From a virus (Duplodnaviria > Heunggongvirae > Uroviricota > Caudoviricetes): a DNA stretch of 40,357 nt. Position numbers and translations under genes: made by a program. Positions within the stretch are counted from its first letter, which is position 1, and every line of letters starts with the position of its first letter. The notes beneath the pieces are model-generated. The model searched no databases. It saw only the letters and a program-made list of their open reading frames with translations, and was not told where the DNA came from. Shown here in pieces: positions 26,812 through 34,624 of this stretch. The DNA lies in the IMG/VR virus record IMGVR_UViG_2740892106_000010; one strand, written 5' to 3'.

Positions 26812-28509
26812 ATGCCAATTTACACAGATGATCCGGGACAGGGAATTAACCAGCCAATTGGCAACGCGCCAGCAGGGCTTGGCGAATCGCTGCTTTCTTC
26901 CCTTAAGCAGGGATTTGAAGAGGGGCCGGTCATGTCCGGCTACCGCTTTGCGCAGGCCGACTCGCTGGCGAATGACCCAAACTCTACAGTTATCAGTAAG
27001 CAGGAAGCGGATGAGCTCCTGAAGCAGTACGGCGTAAAGAGCATAAACGTGCCAGATTCTGGCGTTACGCAGGCTTTTCTCGATCATGTTATTGCCGAAC
27101 GCAAAGATTCTCTGGCACGCCAGCAGATCGCGATGTCGGCACCGAGCGGATGGGTAGCCACGCCGCTTAATTTCGCAGCCAGCCTAGCTGGTTCAATGGC
27201 AGATCCTGGTAACGTGGCGCTGGCGCTGGTTCCGTTCGCTGGAGAAGCAAAGGCGGCTTCTGTGCTTGGCCGATTTGGCGAGCGATTTGTTGCTGGTGCA
27301 CGCATGGGGGCAGCGCAGGCGGTGGTGACCGTGCCGCTTACCGGGCTGGCAGCGGCGGCGGAAGGTGACGACTTCACCTATAGCAACGCGTTGGAAAGTA
27401 CTTTCTTTAACACGATGGCTGGCGGTCTAATGCATGCCGGCGGCGGCCTTATCGCCGATATCGTGCGACCGCGTCGCGTTCCCGATGCTGCAACGGGAGA
27501 GTCCCCGGCGTTTTCTGGCGATGCGCAGCCAACCCCGGTGATAACGCCTGACAACATTCCGGCGGGCGTGAATATCCCTGAGGTTGGCGCTAACGCAGAT
27601 CTGGCGGCGGCCATTTCCAGTGAAGCGGAGAGCTACGCATACAGCCGGGCTTATGACGACGTGGTTCCTGACTATATGGCGCGCCAGCAGGAATTACAGA
27701 GCGGTCAGATCGGTAACGTTGCCGACCTGCGTGCCGAGCTTGCGGCTAATCAACGTCATGCTGACTCGCTTGATGCGACGCTGCAGCAGCGCACCAAAAA
27801 GTATCAGGGGCAGCGGATGAAGTTTAAGGATGCGCGCTCTAGGGCACTGAAAGAGATTCAGGCCGAGAAAGACGCCATCGCTGCACGCAATCAGGAGATC
27901 AACACATCGCTGGAGCAGAACGCGACAGCAGAGCAGGCGCGCTGGCGCCAGTCTCAGATTTCCCGCGGTGAGATCCCAGACGACCTGAAAGTCACCATTT
28001 CCGAGCGTGCGCAGCAGATCCTGGACGGCATGCAGATGTCGCCGGTCGCTGGCGCAGTTCGCACTGCCGCAAGCGCCATCAGGGATGCTGACTGGAACGT
28101 GAACCAGCAGGCGTATCGCGCTGCGCTGGCACACATGATGGAAGGACGTAGCCCAGATGTTGAGCCCTTCTATGAACTGCACAAACCGGCACTGCGTGAA
28201 CGCGCCATCCATCGCATACAGAACCCGGCACGGCAGGTTGATGAAACGGCTCGCCCAGCAAGCGAAACAGCCGATCGGGTTTATCAAGAAACGCAAAAGG
28301 CAGATCATGAAATTACCGCTGCCGCTGCAGACCTTGATAACGAGCTCAACCTGAGTAACGCCCTGCTTGACGATATCGCTGTCGATAACCCTGATCTTGC
28401 GACCACGTTGCGCCAGAAACTCAATGATATTCGTGCCGACGCCAGCGACAATAGCATGAGCAACGCTTTCCGGGCATTTGCCGCCTGTATGATTAACCGG
28501 GGGATGTGA
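26812..28509 (+). CDS. Internal virion/ejection protein
   Basis: 565-aa ORF in the same array; Ala-rich with predicted coiled-coil segments. Confidence 0.55.
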   Translation: MPIYTDDPGQGINQPIGNAPAGLGESLLSSLKQGFEEGPVMSGYRFAQADSLANDPNSTVISKQEADELLKQYGVKSINVPDSGVTQAFLDHVIAERKDSLARQQIAMSAPSGWVATPLNFAASLAGSMADPGNVALALVPFAGEAKAASVLGRFGERFVAGARMGAAQAVVTVPLTGLAAAAEGDDFTYSNALESTFFNTMAGGLMHAGGGLIADIVRPRRVPDAATGESPAFSGDAQPTPVITPDNIPAGVNIPEVGANADLAAAISSEAESYAYSRAYDDVVPDYMARQQELQSGQIGNVADLRAELAANQRHADSLDATLQQRTKKYQGQRMKFKDARSRALKEIQAEKDAIAARNQEINTSLEQNATAEQARWRQSQISRGEIPDDLKVTISERAQQILDGMQMSPVAGAVRTAASAIRDADWNVNQQAYRAALAHMMEGRSPDVEPFYELHKPALRERAIHRIQNPARQVDETARPASETADRVYQETQKADHEITAAAADLDNELNLSNALLDDIAVDNPDLATTLRQKLNDIRADASDNSMSNAFRAFAACMINRGM

Positions 28510-31058
28510 TGGCAGCAAACGAATTTTTGACGCAGTGCGAGCGCAGTGTAAATGCTGCCGCTGGTCGCGAGCTTTCTTCCGATGAGATGGAGTCGCTGGT
28601 GCGTGACATGAACGACACCACTAGGCGAATTCTGGCGACCAATGAGGCGCTGTCTCTGGAAGAGGCCGCGATGCGCGCAGCGGAAGAACTGAGCAATGCC
28701 GATATGCTGGCAAAACAGATTGAGGCTCGCAATAAGGCAATCAACGCCCGTATTGCCGCACAACGACTTAGAGAGCTTCGTACTATCTGGAAAGACCGCC
28801 CGGATATCGGGCTTGAAGCAATGCTGGTTGGCCGCAACGATGCGCGTACCGGCGCCCGCCGGTCGGTATCTTCGGAGGTGGCGCAACTGCGCGGCAAGTA
28901 TCATTCCGGTATCAACTACGATTTTGACCGTGCCGGGCTGGTGCAATTCATCGCCAGCGGCAGCAATGACCGGGAAATTGCCGATGCAATGTGGCGCATA
29001 GGGCGCGGGCAGTCAACTGACGGTATGACAAAGCAATCCGTAAGCGCTGCACAAATCATCATGAAATGGCAGGAAACTGCGCGCATTGATGAGAACCGCG
29101 CCGGGGCATGGATACGCAAAGAGCCGGGCTATATAGTGCGCCAGTCACACGACATCATGAAGATCCGCGCCGCAGGTTATGAAGCATGGCGAAATGCTAT
29201 TCTCCCGCGCCTTGATGAGCGCACTTTTGACGGCGTGGCTGACCGCGAGCAGTTCACGCGTAACATTTATAACGGGCTGGCTTCCGGCGTGCATCTTACA
29301 TCTGAAAAGCCCGATTGGATGAATGGCTTTAAGGGATCGGCGAACGCAGCTAAACGCGCCAGCCAAGAGCGAATTTTGCACTTCAAAGATGGTATCTCGT
29401 GGCACGAGTACAACCAGCAATTCGGCACCGGCAGCCTGCGAGAAGCGCTGTTTGGTGGCTTAAACAGCGCTGCCCGCACAACGGGCATGATGCGCGTACT
29501 GGGCACTAACCCACAGAACATGTTTAAGTACCTGACGGACGCCATTGCTGAAGATATCAGCAAATCCGGAAGACCGGCAGCGTTGGCTGACTACATGACG
29601 AAGGTGCGTCGCATTAACCGTACCGTAATGCCGCAGGTTGACGGCTCGCTAAATATTCCTGGCAGCGTAGGCTGGGCCAATGCGTCGGCGGCTGTACGCG
29701 GCTGGTTGCGTATGAGCCAACTTGGTGGCGCGGTAATCTCATCGTTTAACGACGTGCCTATCGCCGCTACCGAGATGCGCTACCAAGGGCAGAATTTTAT
29801 GCAGGCGTTGCTTGGTGCTATGAGAGGCCGCTTCACGCGTTACAACAGCGCGGAGCAGAAAGAGATCCTTTCCTCTATCGGAGTTTATTCCGACTCCATG
29901 ACGCAGGAAATCATCCGGCGCATATCTGGTGATGACACGCTGAATGGAAAGCTTGGTCGCGCGCAGCAGCTTTTCTTTAAGTACAACCTCATGAACTTCT
30001 GGACCGAGAGCGGTCGCAACAGCAACGCCATGATGATAACCAACTGGCTTGCAAAGAATGCTGACCAGTCTCATGCGCGGCTACCGGAAGACCTGCGACG
30101 CGTGCTGGATCTGCACGGTATTGGCGAACGTGAGTGGGAAATTTTTCGCAACATGGACATGGCCGATAGCGAAGGTCGTAAGTTCATGACGACCAGCGGC
30201 ATCCGCGGCGTGCCTGACGAAGTGATTGCCGGTTATGTAGAGAGTAAGGGGATCAAACCAACGCAGCGCGCTATCGCTGACGCACGCGATCAATTGGAAG
30301 GGCAGTTGCGCGGCTACATCCTTGACCGCCTGAATATCGCCATGTCAGAGCCTGGCGATCGCACGCAGGCGTTTATGAAGATGGGCACGGTGCCAGGAAC
30401 GGTGGCTGGGGAAGCAATACGATTCGCTGGTCAGTACAAATCGTTCACTGCAAGCTTCATGCAGAACGTACTAGGACGCGAAGTATTCGGGCGTGGTTAT
30501 ATTCCTGCTGGGCTTGGTGAGTCGAAAACCGGATCGCTGACGAATGCGCTGCTACGTAACGGGAAGGGGGCTTTCCTTGGTGCTGCAAACCTCTTTGTCT
30601 GGGCGACTATGTTTGGTTATATCTCCATGCAGTCAAAACTCATGCTGAAAGGGCAAACACCACGCCCGGCAGATGCCAAGACGTTTCTCGCAGCCGCATC
30701 TCAGGGGGGCGGTCTTGGCATCTTGGGTGACTTCATGTTTGGCGAGGTCAACCGCATGGGGGCCGGGCCGGTTACGTCGCTAATGGGGCCAGCAGCATCG
30801 AACGCTGACAGCATTATCACGCTGCTCCAGCAGACCACGAGAGGGGATGCAGATTTGGGTGACTGGTATCGCACGGCACTTGACAATACGCCATTCCTCA
30901 ACGTGTTCTGGCTTCGTACGGCGATGAATGGTTTAATATTGAACCGGATACAAGATGCCCTTGACCCAGGCTCTCTTGAGCGTTATCAGCGCCGTGTTGA
31001 GCGTGAGCAGGGTAACGACTTTCTGATCCCACCATCGCAGTTCATGCTAGGTAAATAA
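28506..31058 (+). CDS. Large internal virion/ejection protein
   Basis: 850-aa ORF overlapping the upstream stop; last gene of the virion array before the moron island. Confidence 0.55.
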   Translation: MMAANEFLTQCERSVNAAAGRELSSDEMESLVRDMNDTTRRILATNEALSLEEAAMRAAEELSNADMLAKQIEARNKAINARIAAQRLRELRTIWKDRPDIGLEAMLVGRNDARTGARRSVSSEVAQLRGKYHSGINYDFDRAGLVQFIASGSNDREIADAMWRIGRGQSTDGMTKQSVSAAQIIMKWQETARIDENRAGAWIRKEPGYIVRQSHDIMKIRAAGYEAWRNAILPRLDERTFDGVADREQFTRNIYNGLASGVHLTSEKPDWMNGFKGSANAAKRASQERILHFKDGISWHEYNQQFGTGSLREALFGGLNSAARTTGMMRVLGTNPQNMFKYLTDAIAEDISKSGRPAALADYMTKVRRINRTVMPQVDGSLNIPGSVGWANASAAVRGWLRMSQLGGAVISSFNDVPIAATEMRYQGQNFMQALLGAMRGRFTRYNSAEQKEILSSIGVYSDSMTQEIIRRISGDDTLNGKLGRAQQLFFKYNLMNFWTESGRNSNAMMITNWLAKNADQSHARLPEDLRRVLDLHGIGEREWEIFRNMDMADSEGRKFMTTSGIRGVPDEVIAGYVESKGIKPTQRAIADARDQLEGQLRGYILDRLNIAMSEPGDRTQAFMKMGTVPGTVAGEAIRFAGQYKSFTASFMQNVLGREVFGRGYIPAGLGESKTGSLTNALLRNGKGAFLGAANLFVWATMFGYISMQSKLMLKGQTPRPADAKTFLAAASQGGGLGILGDFMFGEVNRMGAGPVTSLMGPAASNADSIITLLQQTTRGDADLGDWYRTALDNTPFLNVFWLRTAMNGLILNRIQDALDPGSLERYQRRVEREQGNDFLIPPSQFMLGK

Positions 31059-31060
31059 TA

Positions 31061-31621
31061 ATGAAGGCAATTATATTTTTTGTTTCAATATTGATGTCTG
31101 CATTTTCTTTTGCAGGGCAAAATGTTAAATGCGAACTTCAATACTTTGGAGATAGCGATAAATTTAAGGTAACTCAGTTTTCTTTTATGGGGATTCCATC
31201 TGATTCATACCTTTATACCTGTGCCGACTGTGGAGGCATCCAGATAAACGTGTTCCCATCTATTCAGACTGTTGCTTCCTACTCATTTGAAAACAACATT
31301 GATTTCGAAAGGAAAATCAATGCTGAATACAACAGAAAAGACATAGCTAAACTTGAGATGGAAAACGTTACTCAAGGCGGGAGAATAAAATATTCAATCA
31401 CCGATACTGGTTTGGCAGAGTTTTACCCAGAGGGCAAAAAGATAAGCTACCTCTACTTTTTAGCCAAGCAACAAAATGGTAAAGAACAAGTAGGTTATTC
31501 AGGATTTGTTACCTCTAACGGGGATAAGTCATGCTCAATTATTGCGACATATCCAGGAAAAGAAATTTCTTTTCTGGGAAGTAAATCTTTAAGCTACTTT
31601 ATGAATCATATATCAATGTAG
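31061..31621 (+). CDS. Secreted protein of unknown function (AT-rich moron)
   Basis: 186-aa ORF with N-terminal signal peptide (MKAIIFFVSILMSAFSFAGQ); markedly lower GC than flanking virion genes; followed by a strong terminator. Confidence 0.6.
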   Translation: MKAIIFFVSILMSAFSFAGQNVKCELQYFGDSDKFKVTQFSFMGIPSDSYLYTCADCGGIQINVFPSIQTVASYSFENNIDFERKINAEYNRKDIAKLEMENVTQGGRIKYSITDTGLAEFYPEGKKISYLYFLAKQQNGKEQVGYSGFVTSNGDKSCSIIATYPGKEISFLGSKSLSYFMNHISM

Positions 31622-31635
31622 TGTGACATGTCACA

Positions 31636-31660
31636 GGCCGCTTTCGCGGCCTTGTTTTTA
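31636..31660 (+). terminator. Rho-independent terminator
   Basis: Hairpin GGCCGC-tttc-GCGGCC followed by a T-rich run. Confidence 0.6.
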
Positions 31661-31819
31661 ACGAATGCCACCGCCGCCCGGACGGGAATCCGCAGAACGC
31701 CCACCGCAGCGGGAGCCGTCAGCAGCAGTGTCGCTGTCGTGCTGACAACGACCGGCAAAGGCCTGAGTTGAAGCTACCAGAGACAACAAAACGAACAGTG
31801 CAGCAAATGCTTTTTTCAT
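31658..31819 (-). CDS. Small secreted Cys-containing peptide (53 aa)
   Basis: Internal ATG of track ORF 31658..31924 giving MKKAFAALFVLLSLVASTQAFA signal peptide followed by a Cys/Gly/Asp-rich tail; weak RBS. Confidence 0.3.
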   Translation of the reverse strand: MKKAFAALFVLLSLVASTQAFAGRCQHDSDTAADGSRCGGRSADSRPGGGGIR

Positions 31820-31911
31820 TGTGAAATTTCCATCTATAAGCCACCTCAATGTGGCGTCAATGAGTGTAGCACTGACTTTTGTTTCGTCCACAAAAAAGCC
31901 CGCGCTGCGGG

Positions 31912-32457
31912 CTATTCCTTCCATTTATCAGAAAAAAGATCTTCTTCTAAAGGCATTGGTTCTGTTTTTGTTTTCTCAAAGAATTGATAACTGATAGTGA
32001 TTGCTGCCTCTTTAAACTCTTCTTGCTCAGTTATGTTGTGGGCATCTGCGTCAACAAAAAACATAACCAGCGCATCACGATTGTGATTTACCGAATAAAC
32101 TAAAAAGCAATCACTTGTTGGTATGCATTTTACTTGCACAGACGCTATATTTTTCCATGCATCCCAAGATGATTTTTTACCAGTGTGTTTTTTATCACTA
32201 TATTCTGGAATATAGTCTTGGTTATCGACATGAGTATGCCTGACATTTAGTTTAAGCATTTCTGTCGGACGAGCAAATGCAGCATCTTTACCAAGAGATG
32301 GATGGTATCCCGTTTTCCAATACTGGGTAAAGGCATCAGATACTTTCTTCAGCTCAAGATCAGATGCACAAAGGGCCGAGAAATTTTGCGTATGCAATAC
32401 TCGACCCTTATATCTGACAATTTGATTTTTATCATTCTGCGACGCAGACGAACTCAT
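31912..32457 (-). CDS. Hypothetical protein (AT-rich moron, 181 aa)
   Basis: ATG at 32457 with AAGGA RBS (track start 32484 is TTG); AT-rich; no recognisable motif. Confidence 0.5.
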   Translation of the reverse strand: MSSSASQNDKNQIVRYKGRVLHTQNFSALCASDLELKKVSDAFTQYWKTGYHPSLGKDAAFARPTEMLKLNVRHTHVDNQDYIPEYSDKKHTGKKSSWDAWKNIASVQVKCIPTSDCFLVYSVNHNRDALVMFFVDADAHNITEQEEFKEAAITISYQFFEKTKTEPMPLEEDLFSDKWKE

Positions 32458-32611
32458 AATTTTCCTTATTGTTACGAGAATCAAAGAAAGCGCGGGATAC
32501 GCGACTTGCGTGATCTTTTGTCATAGTAACTTTTACGTACTCTACGCTTCCATTGAAAGAACGTCTTGCGGCAGCTTGCGCTCTACGCATCTGCAATTTT
32601 TCGTTTCGCAT
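32432..32611 (-). CDS. Small basic protein (59 aa) overlapping the start of the downstream gene
   Basis: ORF below the track cut-off with GAGGT RBS; overlaps the 181-aa gene by about 26 nt in another frame. Confidence 0.25.
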   Translation of the reverse strand: MRNEKLQMRRAQAAARRSFNGSVEYVKVTMTKDHASRVSRAFFDSRNNKENYEFVCVAE

Positions 32612-32671
32612 GACATTACCTCATATCTCATAAGTTCATTACACGGATTAATAAAAATGAAACCAATCCGT

Positions 32672-32714
32672 TTACCCTTGAGGTAATAGTACGCTATTCA
32701 CCCACAGTCTGCAA
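32672..32714. promoter_or_regulatory. Leftward promoter with overlapping TTACC-N5-GGTAA palindrome
   Basis: Perfect palindrome at 32672..32686; on the minus strand TTGCAG (-35-like), a 17-bp spacer and TACTAT (-10-like) abutting the palindrome. Confidence 0.45.
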
Positions 32715-32758
32715 TCTGTACAGAATTATTTAAAGGCACATCCCTGTGCCGCCGCCCG

Positions 32759-33493
32759 TCAGAAGAACCCTGCCTTGTCGTTGATGTACTCCGCGTGCGT
32801 CTGGATATCACGCAGGCATTTGCTCACACCAACGATGTAGCAGAACATGGTGGTCAGCTCCGCCGCCGCGCCCGATACGTCGTGCCCGTCGTCCTGTAAC
32901 TGGTTCAGCAGATTCATCAGCAGTGAGTTCTCCGTCAGGCCGAGAACACCAGACGGAGAATGAATCAGACTGCGGTAGCCGGGCTTCAGTGGGGCACTGT
33001 ATTCTTTTTTGTCTTCCAGCTTGATCGCCTCCATAATGGCGGGCATGAATTTTTCAATTACCTGAGTGGCCTTTGATAAATCAGCTCCACCTGAGAGACG
33101 AACATCTCCGCTGACATTTGCGGGTTTTCTGTCGAAGTAGCAATCTTCCAGTTTTTCGAAGACCTCCCACGCTTTTTCAGTCTCAAGAATTTTCGCATGT
33201 CGTGCTGCACCGCGAGCGGTCCATAAGAAAAGATGACTTACTTTTGGTGCAATATTAAGCAAACCTCTTTGAGAGGACTCGTTCTTAAATGCTCGTAATT
33301 CTTCGCCTATCAGCTTGAAACAATGTTTTCCCTCAATGAATCGATCTGCATTTCGTTGATAGTTTTGACGAATCAGTTTGGGTTCTGTGTCATACAAATC
33401 AGCAAGCATTTCTGTAGTCATTACAGGGATGTTGCAATGAGTTGTTATCGGCAACTTATCAATAGCTATATTACGCATTTTCATTGCCTCCAT
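32759..33493 (-). CDS. Antirepressor-like protein (ORF6N/Rha-type N-terminal domain plus C-terminal domain)
   Basis: 244-aa ORF; N-terminal region (IPVMTTEMLADLYDTEPKLIRQNYQRNADRFIEGKHCFKL) resembles ORF6N/Rha antirepressor domains; C-terminal about 70 aa is paralogous to the small protein encoded at 34292..34549. Confidence 0.65.
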   Translation of the reverse strand: MEAMKMRNIAIDKLPITTHCNIPVMTTEMLADLYDTEPKLIRQNYQRNADRFIEGKHCFKLIGEELRAFKNESSQRGLLNIAPKVSHLFLWTARGAARHAKILETEKAWEVFEKLEDCYFDRKPANVSGDVRLSGGADLSKATQVIEKFMPAIMEAIKLEDKKEYSAPLKPGYRSLIHSPSGVLGLTENSLLMNLLNQLQDDGHDVSGAAAELTTMFCYIVGVSKCLRDIQTHAEYINDKAGFF

Positions 33494-33977
33494 CTTTCAC
33501 GACGAAATAGCAATTATCTTTATAATCTAACTGGATGAACTTTATGTTTTCAGGGAGTTTTACAGAAAGAGTTTTTGCACAAGCAAAACCAAAATCTGCG
33601 CCAGAAGCATCCATATACCTTAATAATTGTTTTAATGCTGAAGGAGAAAAAGTATCTACCTTCACCTCAACAGGGTAACCATCTTTTGTTTTTAGGTCTG
33701 GTTGACCTGGTCCACCAAGTATTTCAGCGTTAAGGTATTTTGCTATTTCTGGATAAGCGTTGTATTCAGAGCGTAGTTTTGCCTTGTTATCGACTGCTAG
33801 TTGCATAAGATGATCAAACAAATTGGTATCTAAATCTGCCCCTTCATCCCACATTCTATTTCTACAGCTAATCAATTCACTGACCAGTGGTGCACTTTCT
33901 TGCCTTAGCATAAGAAGGAGTGGAGAATTAGAAATTAACCAATACAGATCGTCGTTTGAGATTTTTTGGCCTGGCAT
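33471..33977 (-). CDS. Hypothetical protein with PD-(D/E)XK-like motif
   Basis: 168-aa AT-rich ORF with GAGG RBS; D-x(n)-EVK motif (DGYPVEVKVD); overlaps the start of the Ant-like gene. Confidence 0.45.
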   Translation of the reverse strand: MPGQKISNDDLYWLISNSPLLLMLRQESAPLVSELISCRNRMWDEGADLDTNLFDHLMQLAVDNKAKLRSEYNAYPEIAKYLNAEILGGPGQPDLKTKDGYPVEVKVDTFSPSALKQLLRYMDASGADFGFACAKTLSVKLPENIKFIQLDYKDNCYFVVKDGGNENA

Positions 33978-34132
33978 AGCGATACCTCTACTAGTAAGTT
34001 ACCCACCACCGCAACGCCAATTGCTGGTGGTGAACTGGACAAGGTTGGCGTACCGGCCTAGTAGGTACCGGCGCACCTTTCGGTGCCCCTGCCCAGCCCA
34101 CCATAATTCGGATATGACTGTGCTATACGCAT

Positions 34133-34154
34133 AAAAAAACCACGTCTGGCGTGG
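34133..34154 (-). terminator. Rho-independent terminator (minus strand)
   Basis: Hairpin CCACG-ccaga-CGTGG followed on the minus strand by TTTTTTT. Confidence 0.55.
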
Positions 34155-34245
34155 TATGCGCCTACTAGTAATCCGGGACGCCAATCCCGGCACTGGATTT
34201 TGCCAGTGCCCGATTACTATGGCACAAGAGGAGTGCGATGTAAAT

Positions 34246-34288
34246 TTACCGCAAAGGTAAATATAAGCACTCCATTTGGTAATTGCAA
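34246..34288. promoter_or_regulatory. Leftward sigma70-like promoter with overlapping TTACC-N5-GGTAA palindrome
   Basis: On the minus strand: -35 TTGCAA (34283..34288), 16-bp spacer, -10 TTATAT (34261..34266), then the perfect palindrome TTACCgcaaaGGTAA (34246..34260) over the predicted start site. Confidence 0.45.
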
Positions 34289-34291
34289 ACC

Positions 34292-34549
34292 TTATCTGGT
34301 TTGTTTTCGTAATTGTTCGGCACAATAGTCGAGATGTGTTTGCAGATCCTGCATAGACATCTGTGAGCTGGTGACGTAGTTAATCAGTGCAGTCAGTTCG
34401 GCAAGTGGGCCATCGACATTAAATCCATCCTTATCGAGATCCCGGAGTAATTTCATCAAGTGCGATCCCTCCACCAGTGACCTGACGCCTCCCGGCGTGT
34501 GAATCCTTTCGGTAAATCCGTCTTCCAGTGGATAGTGATACTGCTGCAT
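34292..34549 (-). CDS. SOS-regulated small protein (85 aa), paralog of the Ant-like C-terminal domain; antirepressor candidate
   Basis: ATG at 34549 with GGAG RBS (track start 34567 is TTG); near-consensus LexA box 22 bp upstream; alignable by eye to residues about 170-240 of the protein encoded at 32759..33493. Confidence 0.55.
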   Translation of the reverse strand: MQQYHYPLEDGFTERIHTPGGVRSLVEGSHLMKLLRDLDKDGFNVDGPLAELTALINYVTSSQMSMQDLQTHLDYCAEQLRKQTR

Positions 34550-34570
34550 CTTATCTTCTCCATGCAATAA

Positions 34571-34586
34571 CTGTATAAATATACAG
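34571..34586. promoter_or_regulatory. LexA (SOS) box
   Basis: aaCTGTATAAATATACAGta matches the CTGT-N8-ACAG consensus with an AT-rich spacer (one spacer deviation from TACTGTATATATATACAGTA). Confidence 0.8.
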
Positions 34587-34624
34587 TATCAAATAATTTG
34601 TTTGCTATCCAGCACGTTTTGCAA

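Noticed and set aside
31621-31634. TGTGACATGTCACA as a possible CRP site
   Set aside because: CRP sites have a 6-bp spacer between the TGTGA and TCACA half-sites; here the spacer is 4 bp, so it does not fit. It is kept only as an unexplained palindrome.
33988-34171. 10-bp direct repeat CTACTAGTAA at 33988..33997 and 34162..34171
   Set aside because: It is only marginally significant even within this 314-bp intergenic region and contains a short palindrome (ACTAGT) that recurs easily; no supporting structure was found.
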